This document shows, one piece after another, positions 45,042-54,152 of a stretch of 64,000 bases of DNA (position 1 is its first letter; each line of letters begins with the position of its first letter). The notes below the pieces were generated by a model that worked only from the letters and a program-made list of their open reading frames with translations, was not told the DNA's origin and ran no database searches. The stretch is from assembly GCA_018656065.1 (NCBI GenBank), contig JABHZY010000024.1:5227-69226 (forward strand), in the 5' to 3' direction. Source of the DNA: Candidatus Komeilibacteria bacterium. GTDB taxonomy: Bacteria; Patescibacteriota; Patescibacteriia; UBA1558; GWA2-36-10. Both the position numbers and the translations under genes were made by a program.

Positions 45042-46106
45042 CTAAACTATATTCCCACTGGCAATCAACTCATCTTTTTTATAAACAGCCAATATCTGTC
45101 CCGAAGCTACGCCAGCTTGAGATTTTTTAAACTCAGCTATTAGATCTCTCGACTTCGCTCGAGATGACAAAACGATGTCTTGACCAGGCTGTCGATAGCG
45201 GATTTGAGCCTTAGCTTTAAGAGGTAATTTATGCTCCTTACCAAGCCAATGTAAATCAGTCATTTGAACACTTTTGTTGTACAGAGCCTCATCATCTACA
45301 TGACCGACTATAAGTTTGTTATTTTTAATATCTTTAGATACTACATACCATGGACCAGAACCACCAATATCCAAACCTTTCCTTTGTCCAATCGTATAAT
45401 ACCAAACACCTTGATGCTCACCCAAGACATTACCTTTAGTATCGACTATCTCCCCTGTCTTAGGTTTTATTTTTTGTTGTAAAAATATTTTAAGATCTAC
45501 TTTACCAATAAAACAAATTCCCTGACTATCTTTACGGTCAGCATTTGGTAGTTTGGCTTGCTTAGCAATTTTACGAACTTCAGGTTTCTCGATATCGCCA
45601 ATTGGAAAGACTGCTTTGGAAAGCTGGGTTTGATTTAAACCGGCTAGAAAATATGATTGGTCTTTATTTAGATCTTTACCTCTTAGTAAATGAAATCCAT
45701 CCTTATCTTCTTTGACTTGAGCATAATGCCCAGTAGCTATTTTATCAAAACCAAGTTTGATAGCTTTTTCTAAAAACAACTTAAATTTGATTTCATTATT
45801 ACATAAGACATCAGGATTTGGAGTCAGACCTGCCTTATAATTATCAAATATATAATTTACTACCTTGTCATGATATTCTGCTTCAAAATCAAAAGTCTGA
45901 ATAGGCACTTTAAGATGTGCAGCTACTCTATAAGCCATTAAACGGTCTTCTTTCCAAGGACAAGTGCCTTTAACATTCACTTTTTCGGAAAAGTTTTTCA
46001 TAAAGGCAACCTCTACTTCATAGCCTTGTTGTTGTAGTAAATACAAAGCCACAGCGCTATCTACACCGCCAGAAAGCCCTACTAAAATTTTGGTTTTCTT
46101 TGTCAT
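45042..46106 (-). CDS. mnmA: tRNA 2-thiouridine(34) synthase
   Basis: PP-loop VGLSGGVDS and conserved catalytic Cys regions. Confidence 0.95.
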   Translation of the reverse strand: MTKKTKILVGLSGGVDSAVALYLLQQQGYEVEVAFMKNFSEKVNVKGTCPWKEDRLMAYRVAAHLKVPIQTFDFEAEYHDKVVNYIFDNYKAGLTPNPDVLCNNEIKFKLFLEKAIKLGFDKIATGHYAQVKEDKDGFHLLRGKDLNKDQSYFLAGLNQTQLSKAVFPIGDIEKPEVRKIAKQAKLPNADRKDSQGICFIGKVDLKIFLQQKIKPKTGEIVDTKGNVLGEHQGVWYYTIGQRKGLDIGGSGPWYVVSKDIKNNKLIVGHVDDEALYNKSVQMTDLHWLGKEHKLPLKAKAQIRYRQPGQDIVLSSRAKSRDLIAEFKKSQAGVASGQILAVYKKDELIASGNIV

Positions 46107-46123
46107 TTTATTTAAACTGCGCT

Positions 46124-46618
46124 TTATTCACGACTTGTTATAATTAAATCCATAGAATCTTTTAATTCGGTTATTAATTTTACTTGATCAAGTCTTTCTA
46201 AATTACTATCTTCAATAATTGCACTAACTTGAGTCATGTCTACGTCATCTACAGTTCCGGCATCTCCTGCTTCAGCCATAAGAACTAGTAATTGATCTTT
46301 CCTCTCTTCATTGAGATCACTATGATCTATAATACCAATAATTTTATCCATATCTACATCATCCTGATTGGCCAAAGACTCTAATACACCATCTAGCATT
46401 TCATCTCTTAATTTCCGGCTTTCATCAGAATTAACTGGTTTTAATTTAGCCACTTGCTCAACAGCTGCAAATTCAGCTAGCGACATTACTTCAGCCGCTG
46501 GCAACTTAGCCTTATCTTTTATATCTTCTACCGGCCTAGGTTTACCTGCTAGTCTAGCACTTTTTGATCTTTTTTTAGGCGTATCTCCTATTAATTTAGC
46601 TCCTTCAAATTTATTCAT
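46124..46618 (-). CDS. acidic hypothetical protein (164 aa)
   Basis: ORF with a repeated DVDM..I..IIDxS(D/N)L pattern. No recognised family. Confidence 0.5.
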   Translation of the reverse strand: MNKFEGAKLIGDTPKKRSKSARLAGKPRPVEDIKDKAKLPAAEVMSLAEFAAVEQVAKLKPVNSDESRKLRDEMLDGVLESLANQDDVDMDKIIGIIDHSDLNEERKDQLLVLMAEAGDAGTVDDVDMTQVSAIIEDSNLERLDQVKLITELKDSMDLIITSRE

Positions 46619-46678
46619 ATGTTTATATATTACCTTAAAAATATAGCATGTAACTACTTGAATTTCAATTATTTAATC

Positions 46679-46707
46679 TTGACATAATCTTTAATATATT
46701 CTATTAT
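46679..46707 (+). promoter_or_regulatory. promoter of the 77-aa gene
   Basis: TTGACA, 17 nt, TATTAT. Confidence 0.65.
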
Positions 46708-46787
46708 ATTTTTTCACGTACATTTCGACCTGATAGCAAAATACTCTCCTGTCTCCATTAACCCCGATTTCTCTAACGGAGGTAAAG

Positions 46788-47021
46788 ATGAAAGCACCTA
46801 CCCTGGATTTTCCCAACGACGAAACAGCTGTGATCCTAATGCCCAATTGCCGTATAGCTACCGCTCTGCGCGAATTCCTCTTTGAACATGACTTCCATAT
46901 GAAGTCCCAAGATACTCAAGGAGGATTGATTATTCGGATACCAGCGGACGCGGACATTACTGAATCTAAGGAGCGTCTGCAGATTCTCTATGGCAAATTT
47001 TGCTATAAACAAGGTATTTAA
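46788..47021 (+). CDS. orphan GC-rich small protein (77 aa)
   Basis: SD GGAGGT 4 nt before the ATG. Protein-like composition. 5' UTR of about 75 nt. Own terminator. Confidence 0.7.
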   Translation: MKAPTLDFPNDETAVILMPNCRIATALREFLFEHDFHMKSQDTQGGLIIRIPADADITESKERLQILYGKFCYKQGI

Positions 47022-47045
47022 GGTGTCGCCTAAACGGTAATACCT

Positions 47046-47076
47046 AAAAAGGCCAATCCTTCGGGGGCGGCCTTTT
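47046..47076. terminator. terminator (GGCC...UUCG...GGCC hairpin)
   Basis: AAAAAGGCCAATCCTTCGGGGGCGGCCTTTT between convergent genes. Confidence 0.65.
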
Positions 47077-47084
47077 AGCTTTAT

Positions 47085-48584
47085 TTATTTCCCTATCTTA
47101 AATATATTTATTTTTTCTAAACCTTTGTCAGCTAATTTAATTCTTTCTTTAGTGCGAGCATAAAGAGTGAATAATCTTTCACCTTTTTTAACATGATCAT
47201 CAAACTCTTTATTAAGATAAATACCTGCTAATTGATCAGCTGGCGCACCTAAAATACGAGCTATGGTATTAATACCCTTATTATCAGTAAAAATGATCCT
47301 ACCTGACTTAGGAGCATTATAATACTTCTTATGAGCCGCTAAGACTATATCATTTGGATCAATATCATATTTACCACCTTGAGCTTTAAGAATTTCTTGC
47401 ATTTTTTTCCAAGCAGCCCCTGACTCTAAAGTCTTCCAAGCTATAGCAGCTCCTTGGCCTTTTTTAGCCTTACCAGCTAATTCTAGAAGCTCTCCAGCTA
47501 AATGTATTGCTTTATTAGCTAAATCAGCTGGATAATTATCTTTTTGTTGCAATACTCTCAAAACATCACGAGCCTCTAAAGCCGGACCAACACCCATGCC
47601 AATTGGGTCTTCAGTCTGAATCATTATTACTTTTATTTTTATATTAAATTTTCTGGCAATGTATTTAAACTTTCTTTCCAATTCTTTAGCTATCTTCATG
47701 TTTGGAATTTTAGTAGTTTCACCTACTGGCATGTCTATTACTAAATGAGTTACTCCAGAGGCAACTTTTTTAGCCATAATAGAAACCAACATCTTGTCGT
47801 AAGGTTCCATAGATAATGGATAGGATACTTTCAGAATTTTATCATCCGCTGGAGCCAAATTAAGGCCACCACCCCAAACTAAACATCCACCTACTTTTTT
47901 AACTATTTTTTTAATCTCTTTAGCACTAAAAGAAACTGGCGCTAAAACTTCCATAGTATCTGATGTGCCAGCTGGAGATGTGATAGCTCTAGAAGAGTTT
48001 TTAGGTATTACTAAGCCCAAAGCAGCAATAATGGGTATCACTATCATAGTAGTCCTATTTCCAGCTAAACCGCCCACGGAATGCTTATCTACGACCATCT
48101 TATGAGGAAATTTAAGCATTTCTCCGGTCTCAGCCATAGCTTTGGTCATAAAATACAATTCTTGATCATCATAATCACGTATAAAACTAGAAGCTACAAA
48201 ATAAGTGGTTTCAGTACGCGTTAGGATTCCCTTGGCAATGTCAGAGAATATTTGATAAAAATCCTCGTAGTTTAATTTTTTACCCAATAATCTTTTTTTA
48301 ATAGCTTTAATAGATTTGGCTCGTTCAATAAATTCTATTTCCGCAATAGTATTTGGAGAAATTTTCATCTTTTCCCAAATATCTTTATAAAAACCTATCT
48401 GTCCGAGCTTAACCCTTTTTTGACTGGTGTTTGCTTCTGCAATTACAGAATGATCTGGCCAAGTAATTTTTACTTTATCACCCGCTTTAATTCCATAGCG
48501 CCTAGCTTCTTCTCTATTCAGTAATACTATATTAGATTGACCAGTTTTAATGTCTAATTTTTTTATTTTTAGATAATATGGCAT
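47085..48584 (-). CDS. AMP phosphorylase-type (archaeal DeoA-like) nucleoside phosphorylase
   Basis: 499 aa with the N-terminal extension of about 80 aa absent from thymidine phosphorylases. DKHSVGGLAGNRTT motif. Confidence 0.85.
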   Translation of the reverse strand: MPYYLKIKKLDIKTGQSNIVLLNREEARRYGIKAGDKVKITWPDHSVIAEANTSQKRVKLGQIGFYKDIWEKMKISPNTIAEIEFIERAKSIKAIKKRLLGKKLNYEDFYQIFSDIAKGILTRTETTYFVASSFIRDYDDQELYFMTKAMAETGEMLKFPHKMVVDKHSVGGLAGNRTTMIVIPIIAALGLVIPKNSSRAITSPAGTSDTMEVLAPVSFSAKEIKKIVKKVGGCLVWGGGLNLAPADDKILKVSYPLSMEPYDKMLVSIMAKKVASGVTHLVIDMPVGETTKIPNMKIAKELERKFKYIARKFNIKIKVIMIQTEDPIGMGVGPALEARDVLRVLQQKDNYPADLANKAIHLAGELLELAGKAKKGQGAAIAWKTLESGAAWKKMQEILKAQGGKYDIDPNDIVLAAHKKYYNAPKSGRIIFTDNKGINTIARILGAPADQLAGIYLNKEFDDHVKKGERLFTLYARTKERIKLADKGLEKINIFKIGK

Positions 48585-48589
48585 AAATT

Positions 48590-50356
48590 TTAAAATTTGA
48601 TAACTTCACCAGGATCTAAATCCTTAGCTACCCTATCTTCTGTTTTTCTAATTTCTTTGCTTGGTTCTTTAATTTGTTTCTTAACTTCTTTCTTAGTCTC
48701 TACTGGCTTAATTTTAGATTCTTCTCTTTTTACAGAAGGCTTTCTACCTTTTAAAGCGTCTGCTAAAGAAGTAAATTCTTCCTCTTTGCCATTGTCAGAA
48801 ATTATTTTAATACTAGAAGGAGGTGGAACTTTACCAGCCCTAGAAAGATCTAAACATTCTCGACAATAGATAGGCTTTTTAGGATCTGGGTCAAAATTTA
48901 TTGTGGTGTGTTTACCACATAAGTCACAAACTACATTTTTGGTAAAACCTGTGTCTTTTGGTTTGCGTTTTCTTGGCTTTTTTTCTCTGTTAGTAGTTTC
49001 TGTTGTTTTAGAAACAACTCTATCGGCAGTTTTAGCAACTGTGCCAGTGGCTGGTACATTCACATCTTCGTCTCCTCTGCCCTCAGCCCAGCGAATAATT
49101 CTATCTTCTATTACTTCTCTTGGTTTGGCATATCTCTCACGAGTAATATTAATTATTTTATCTTTGACACCTGCAGCCTCTTCGGTCATGGCCACTGGTG
49201 GCAATGTTTTAGCAGAAAAACCCTCTGAAGTAACACCATCAATCATTAATTTAATATAAATTTCAAATTTAGAAAGATTAACTAAATCTTCTTGAGTAAA
49301 AGTTGGAAAAAATTCTTTTTCTAAAAACTCAGCGTCAGCTGCACCAACTCTAAAATTGACTATAGTACCAACATTACCAAACACAGCAGCTGTCATTTCT
49401 TCAGGAACTTGTTCAATATATTGATGGGCAATAATAAGATTTAGTTTATATTTTCTAGCTTCAGATAATATATTAGCAAATGACTCAGTAGCAAAATTTT
49501 GAAATTCATCTACATATAAGTAAAAATCTTTTCTTTCTTCTTCTATAGTATCTACTCTACTCATAGCAGCTAATTGGATTTTAGTAATCATCATAGCTCC
49601 TAGCAAGGCTGAATTATCTTCACCAACTCTACCTTTAGAAAGATTTAACAGCAAAATTTTCTGACCATCCATAATCTCTCTCATATTGAAAGATGATCTA
49701 ACTTGGCCTAAAATATTTCTAATCAAGGCTGATGACAAGAAACGGCCAACCTTATTTTGAATAGGTGCTATGGCCTCTGCTTGAAATCTATCAGGATACT
49801 TACTATATTCATCTACCCAAAAAGCTTTAACAACAGGATCAGATATTTTTTCTACAACTTTTTTCCTAAAAGCTTTATCAGTCAACATTCTCATAATACC
49901 TAAGAGAGTTGAGCCAGGATATTCTAATAAAGCTGAAATGGCGTGATGCAGTACATATTCTAATCTTGGCCCCCAGGAATCAGCCCAAATCTTTTGAAAT
50001 ACACCGATTAATCCCGATACTACCAAATGCCTTTGACTAGCATCTACTTGTTCTAAAACATTAAAACCAATTGGAAAATCCAAGTCAGCTGGATTGAAAT
50101 ATATAACGTCATTAATACGTTCGCGTGGTACAAAATTAATGACTTTTTCTACTAAATCACCATGAGGATCTACTACACAAACACCTTTTCCATCTTGAAT
50201 ATCTTGGATAATCATATTTTCCAAAACAGTAGATTTACCCATGCCAGTTTTGCCAATAAAATACATATGGCGACGTCTGTCATCAGTTTTAATTCCAAAT
50301 TTTACATTGGAATTTCTATAATTTGTTTCAGCAAAAATTGTTATTTTATCATTCAT
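48590..50356 (-). CDS. TraD/VirD4-like (type IV secretion coupling-protein family) P-loop ATPase with C-terminal zinc ribbon and Lys-rich tail
   Basis: Walker A GKTGMGKS and Walker B LYVDEFQNF. CDLCGK...CRECL at residues 477-502. Confidence 0.8.
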   Translation of the reverse strand: MNDKITIFAETNYRNSNVKFGIKTDDRRRHMYFIGKTGMGKSTVLENMIIQDIQDGKGVCVVDPHGDLVEKVINFVPRERINDVIYFNPADLDFPIGFNVLEQVDASQRHLVVSGLIGVFQKIWADSWGPRLEYVLHHAISALLEYPGSTLLGIMRMLTDKAFRKKVVEKISDPVVKAFWVDEYSKYPDRFQAEAIAPIQNKVGRFLSSALIRNILGQVRSSFNMREIMDGQKILLLNLSKGRVGEDNSALLGAMMITKIQLAAMSRVDTIEEERKDFYLYVDEFQNFATESFANILSEARKYKLNLIIAHQYIEQVPEEMTAAVFGNVGTIVNFRVGAADAEFLEKEFFPTFTQEDLVNLSKFEIYIKLMIDGVTSEGFSAKTLPPVAMTEEAAGVKDKIINITRERYAKPREVIEDRIIRWAEGRGDEDVNVPATGTVAKTADRVVSKTTETTNREKKPRKRKPKDTGFTKNVVCDLCGKHTTINFDPDPKKPIYCRECLDLSRAGKVPPPSSIKIISDNGKEEEFTSLADALKGRKPSVKREESKIKPVETKKEVKKQIKEPSKEIRKTEDRVAKDLDPGEVIKF

Positions 50357-50359
50357 ATT

Positions 50360-51850
50360 TTAAGCAGTTGGTAAATTAGGTGGTGCTTGACCCTTATGCC
50401 TAGGAGCTTCGATAGTTGCTGTGTCTTTTTTAGCAAATTTTTCTTCAAAATGTTTATCTGATAAATCAACATTAAAATTAGGTGTAACTAATTGTCTAGT
50501 TAATTCTTCACTAACTTCACTTTTACCAACTTCTTCTAATTTATTAACTGGTAATGATGAAGGTGGTTCAGATTTCTTAGTTTCAGTACGTTGTAATAAT
50601 GGAGCTTTAACAAACTTACTTGGAAAATGCCAAATAGTAGCTAACTCTTCTGTATTTAAAATAAAATAATTATGTCCTCTGGTACCACTACGATTTTTAT
50701 AGCCAGCCATCAATCTCTTTCTACGCCAAGCTGTACGAGTTTTTATAAAGAAATAATTAATTTTGGTCTTAGTTTTTTTATCTGGCATAAAAGAATTAAG
50801 ATCCAGGGTATTAAATTGTTTGATAGAACCAAAAACAGAAGATATTACTCTGGCTGGAGCATACAATTCTTTTGGAGAAATATATATCAAACGAATTTTA
50901 CATTCAAAACCAGTTTTACTAGCCTTTTTTTCTATAGCTTCTACAGCTCCTTTTTCACCTGGAGTAAGGTGAAGCATTAAAGATGGCATATCATCCTTAG
51001 TCTTACTAGCTGGTGAGGCAGTCAAATCTTGCGGCCAGATCATAGGCTCTCCAGTAGACAAGAAAAATAAGCTCGTAATAGGATCAAATACCCTATTAAA
51101 AAAACCTTTCTTTTCAGTAAACTTTTTTCCAGCTATTTTATAAGCTTCTTTCATACTACGTTTTGGCCAACCAAAACCCGTTGGTTTAACCAAAATTTGA
51201 AACCAAACCTGTTCACCAATTTGGATTTTACTCATTGTTTCTAGCATTGAAGCTAAAGGATCTTTGAATTCACCAGACACAGCATCTTCAAACTCTGTAT
51301 AAGTTCTGATAGGATAGGCTTCATTCTCGGCCAAAATTACCTCTGCACCCCAAATGTTATGAGTGTCATTTGGATAATCATCGGGCGTATCACCTACATA
51401 GTCTTCTACTTCAGTAATCTCTGCATCTGGATACTGAGAATAAATAGAACTTTCTATCAAATCACGATATTGACTAGGAGTTCTTATCAAAAATTGTACA
51501 TAACCATCAATACTAACTATTTCAAAGGTAAAACTAAGTTGAAAATTTCCATCTCTATATATTTCCAAGAGATTTAAGGGGCTATGAGCACCTGATACTG
51601 TAGAAAAAAGTTGCTCTACAGCCTTTGGAGTCTGTTCAGTATCTTTTGGCACATCAATAGCTAAAATGACAAATTTTTGAGTTCCAAACCATTTTAAACT
51701 TTGTCTAAGATGCCAAATTTCAAATATACCTCGAGAAATTACAATGAAATAAATAAGCCAGCCTCCATTTTTGAAGAATAACCAAGCTACTGCACCAAAG
51801 CCTTGGTCCATAGCTGCGTACAATGCTGAAAAATCTAAAGTTAATTCCAT
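50360..51850 (-). CDS. membrane protein coupled to the TraD-like ATPase
   Basis: 496 aa with N-terminal TM helices. Its stop lies 4 nt from the ATPase start. Confidence 0.55.
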   Translation of the reverse strand: MELTLDFSALYAAMDQGFGAVAWLFFKNGGWLIYFIVISRGIFEIWHLRQSLKWFGTQKFVILAIDVPKDTEQTPKAVEQLFSTVSGAHSPLNLLEIYRDGNFQLSFTFEIVSIDGYVQFLIRTPSQYRDLIESSIYSQYPDAEITEVEDYVGDTPDDYPNDTHNIWGAEVILAENEAYPIRTYTEFEDAVSGEFKDPLASMLETMSKIQIGEQVWFQILVKPTGFGWPKRSMKEAYKIAGKKFTEKKGFFNRVFDPITSLFFLSTGEPMIWPQDLTASPASKTKDDMPSLMLHLTPGEKGAVEAIEKKASKTGFECKIRLIYISPKELYAPARVISSVFGSIKQFNTLDLNSFMPDKKTKTKINYFFIKTRTAWRRKRLMAGYKNRSGTRGHNYFILNTEELATIWHFPSKFVKAPLLQRTETKKSEPPSSLPVNKLEEVGKSEVSEELTRQLVTPNFNVDLSDKHFEEKFAKKDTATIEAPRHKGQAPPNLPTA

Positions 51851-51982
51851 ATTTGTATTTATATTATACCCTTTTTTGAACTTTTTTTAAAGTCTTAATT
51901 AAAACAAAACACCTTCCTTATCTATCAAACAATAGATATTTACAAAGGAAGGTGTTTTTTTAAATTTTATATTAAGATGTTT

Positions 51983-53095
51983 TTATTCAGTCTTGTCAGT
52001 TTTTAATGAATAGCGTCCTTTTTCATCGCGGACAAATTTATCTTTATTCATTAAGGCTAATGTAATAGTAGTTTCTTTAATCATGCGTTTTTCAAAAACT
52101 GCTTCAGTGATTTCTTTCTTAGTTAAAGGTTTGTCACTGTCATTTAAAATATCAGCAATTACATCTGCAACTACACCTGGCTTATATCCCCATTCTTTTA
52201 AGGCATAAATACCACGGCCAACTAATACATACTTTTTATCTAAAATTAATTCATTATGAATGGTCGCTGGATAGGCTTTACGATGATCAAAAGCCATTTG
52301 ATTAATAATATCGGCAATATTTGTAAAATGCATAGGCTTACCTTTTTTCTGTAAGACTAGATAAATTTTATCATTCATTCTACGTGGAGTAATGCTTGCC
52401 CATTCTACTAATCCCCATTCTTCATAAGGATTTGATTTCAATTTTTTAGTAACATTAATAAAGTTTATAACTACTCTATCTGTTAAATCATTATTATTAT
52501 CATAAAATTCAGTTTCTTGAATTTTCTCAATAAGCTCATCTAAATTTAAAGTATCACCATGACCATCTATTAGAGAACGTATATTATCAATAGTGTCATT
52601 AAACAAATCTACATTGGCTTCTGGAGTCTTCCAAAAACCATTACTGTGCTTTGTTTCCTTAGCAAAACTAAATCTATGACTTAAGAGCTGATTTAATATA
52701 AATTTGATAGCAGATTTATTTTCTTCTGAACTACCAGGAATTGCTAACAATTCATCTATTAAATTTTCTTCAGACATCAAACCACCATGCTCAGCTAAAG
52801 TTGAGTTGGCAATATCTTCAATCTCTTTAAGGATAGTTTGATTGAAGCTTTTATTTATCTTTTTCAGAGAAGTGTTTTCAATTTGTCTAATTCTCTCACG
52901 AGTAACGCTATATTGTTTACCAATATCCTCAAGAGTCTTTTTCTCTGAACCAGATAAGCCGTGACGCATTTTTATAATTTCTTGCTCACGTTCTGATAAA
53001 GCAGTCAAAATATTTTCTAAAGTTTGATGGGGATCAAAATCAGACAGCTTTGACAGATGCTTTGATGTAATTACTTGATCTAAAATTCCAGACAT
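51983..53095 (-). CDS. sigma-70 region 4-like HTH protein with C-terminal HARE-HTH-like domain
   Basis: LSEREQEIIKMRHGL...TLEDIGKQYSVTRERIRQIENTSLKKI (region 4 pattern). C-terminal winged-HTH-like region ...IHNELILDKKYVLVGRGIYALKEWG. Confidence 0.65.
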   Translation of the reverse strand: MSGILDQVITSKHLSKLSDFDPHQTLENILTALSEREQEIIKMRHGLSGSEKKTLEDIGKQYSVTRERIRQIENTSLKKINKSFNQTILKEIEDIANSTLAEHGGLMSEENLIDELLAIPGSSEENKSAIKFILNQLLSHRFSFAKETKHSNGFWKTPEANVDLFNDTIDNIRSLIDGHGDTLNLDELIEKIQETEFYDNNNDLTDRVVINFINVTKKLKSNPYEEWGLVEWASITPRRMNDKIYLVLQKKGKPMHFTNIADIINQMAFDHRKAYPATIHNELILDKKYVLVGRGIYALKEWGYKPGVVADVIADILNDSDKPLTKKEITEAVFEKRMIKETTITLALMNKDKFVRDEKGRYSLKTDKTE

Positions 53096-53242
53096 ATACT
53101 TTCTTTACAATTTATCTGATTTTATTTGTAATAATAAAATTCCATTATAAAGTAACATATTTTCTAAAATTAGTCAAGACCCCTAGCATGAATATACCAG
53201 CGGTCTTGAGTTATTAGCTAATTTTAGCCAAAATTGTAATTT

Positions 53243-54148
53243 TTAAGATTTTCTCTTGCGCCAAATAGTCAAAAGTGGTGAAGCTAAGAATATAGAAGAA
53301 TAAGTACCAATAATAACACCTAAAACTAAGGCTAAAACAAAGTTTTTGATACTTTCTCCACCGAAAAAGTATATAGCTAACAGTACTAATAACGTAGTAA
53401 CTGAGGTATTGATAGATCTGACAATAGTTTGGTTAACACTAATATTAACTATTTCACTAAAACTCTTATTATTATTTTTAAAAAGATTTTCTCTAGTTCT
53501 ATCGAAAGTAACAATAGTATCATGAACAGAAAAACCAAGGATTGTAAGTAAGGCTGTCACAAATAAACTATCTACTTCAATATTTAGGAAATAACCTAAG
53601 GCAGCAAATATACCTGCAATAACCAAAATGTCATGTGTTAAAGCTATGATAGCAGCTATGCCAAATTTCCAAGAAGCTACCGGTTTCGATACTTTACGAA
53701 AGGCATAAGCAATATATAAAACAATAAAGACCAAAACTACTAAAATAGACTGAACTGCCTTTGCTTTTAATTCATTGCCAATAATTGGACCAACTGCTTC
53801 AAAACGCAATTCTGAGAATTGATTATCCTCTACTCCTTCAATCTCTATAGCAGCTAATCCGCTATTAATTTCTTGATGAGTACTTTCATCTATCTCTTCA
53901 AAACGAATAATATAGTCATGTTCGCCACTTGGTTGTAACTTTAAGCTATTAATATCTAAATCTACTAAAGACTTTGACACTTGTTCCATACTTGGTCTAG
54001 CTTTAGAGTATGAGACTTCTAAAATACTACCGCCTGTAAAATCAATTCCGAGTTTTAAACCCCACAGAGCCAAGAAAATTATAGATATTGTAACTAATAG
54101 GCCAGAAAACCCAAACCAAATTTTTCTTTTTCCAATAATATCGTACAT
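53243..54148 (-). CDS. secF: protein translocase subunit SecF
   Basis: 301 aa. GIDFTGG motif and six TM helices. Confidence 0.93.
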   Translation of the reverse strand: MYDIIGKRKIWFGFSGLLVTISIIFLALWGLKLGIDFTGGSILEVSYSKARPSMEQVSKSLVDLDINSLKLQPSGEHDYIIRFEEIDESTHQEINSGLAAIEIEGVEDNQFSELRFEAVGPIIGNELKAKAVQSILVVLVFIVLYIAYAFRKVSKPVASWKFGIAAIIALTHDILVIAGIFAALGYFLNIEVDSLFVTALLTILGFSVHDTIVTFDRTRENLFKNNNKSFSEIVNISVNQTIVRSINTSVTTLLVLLAIYFFGGESIKNFVLALVLGVIIGTYSSIFLASPLLTIWRKRKS

Positions 54149-54152
54149 ATAG

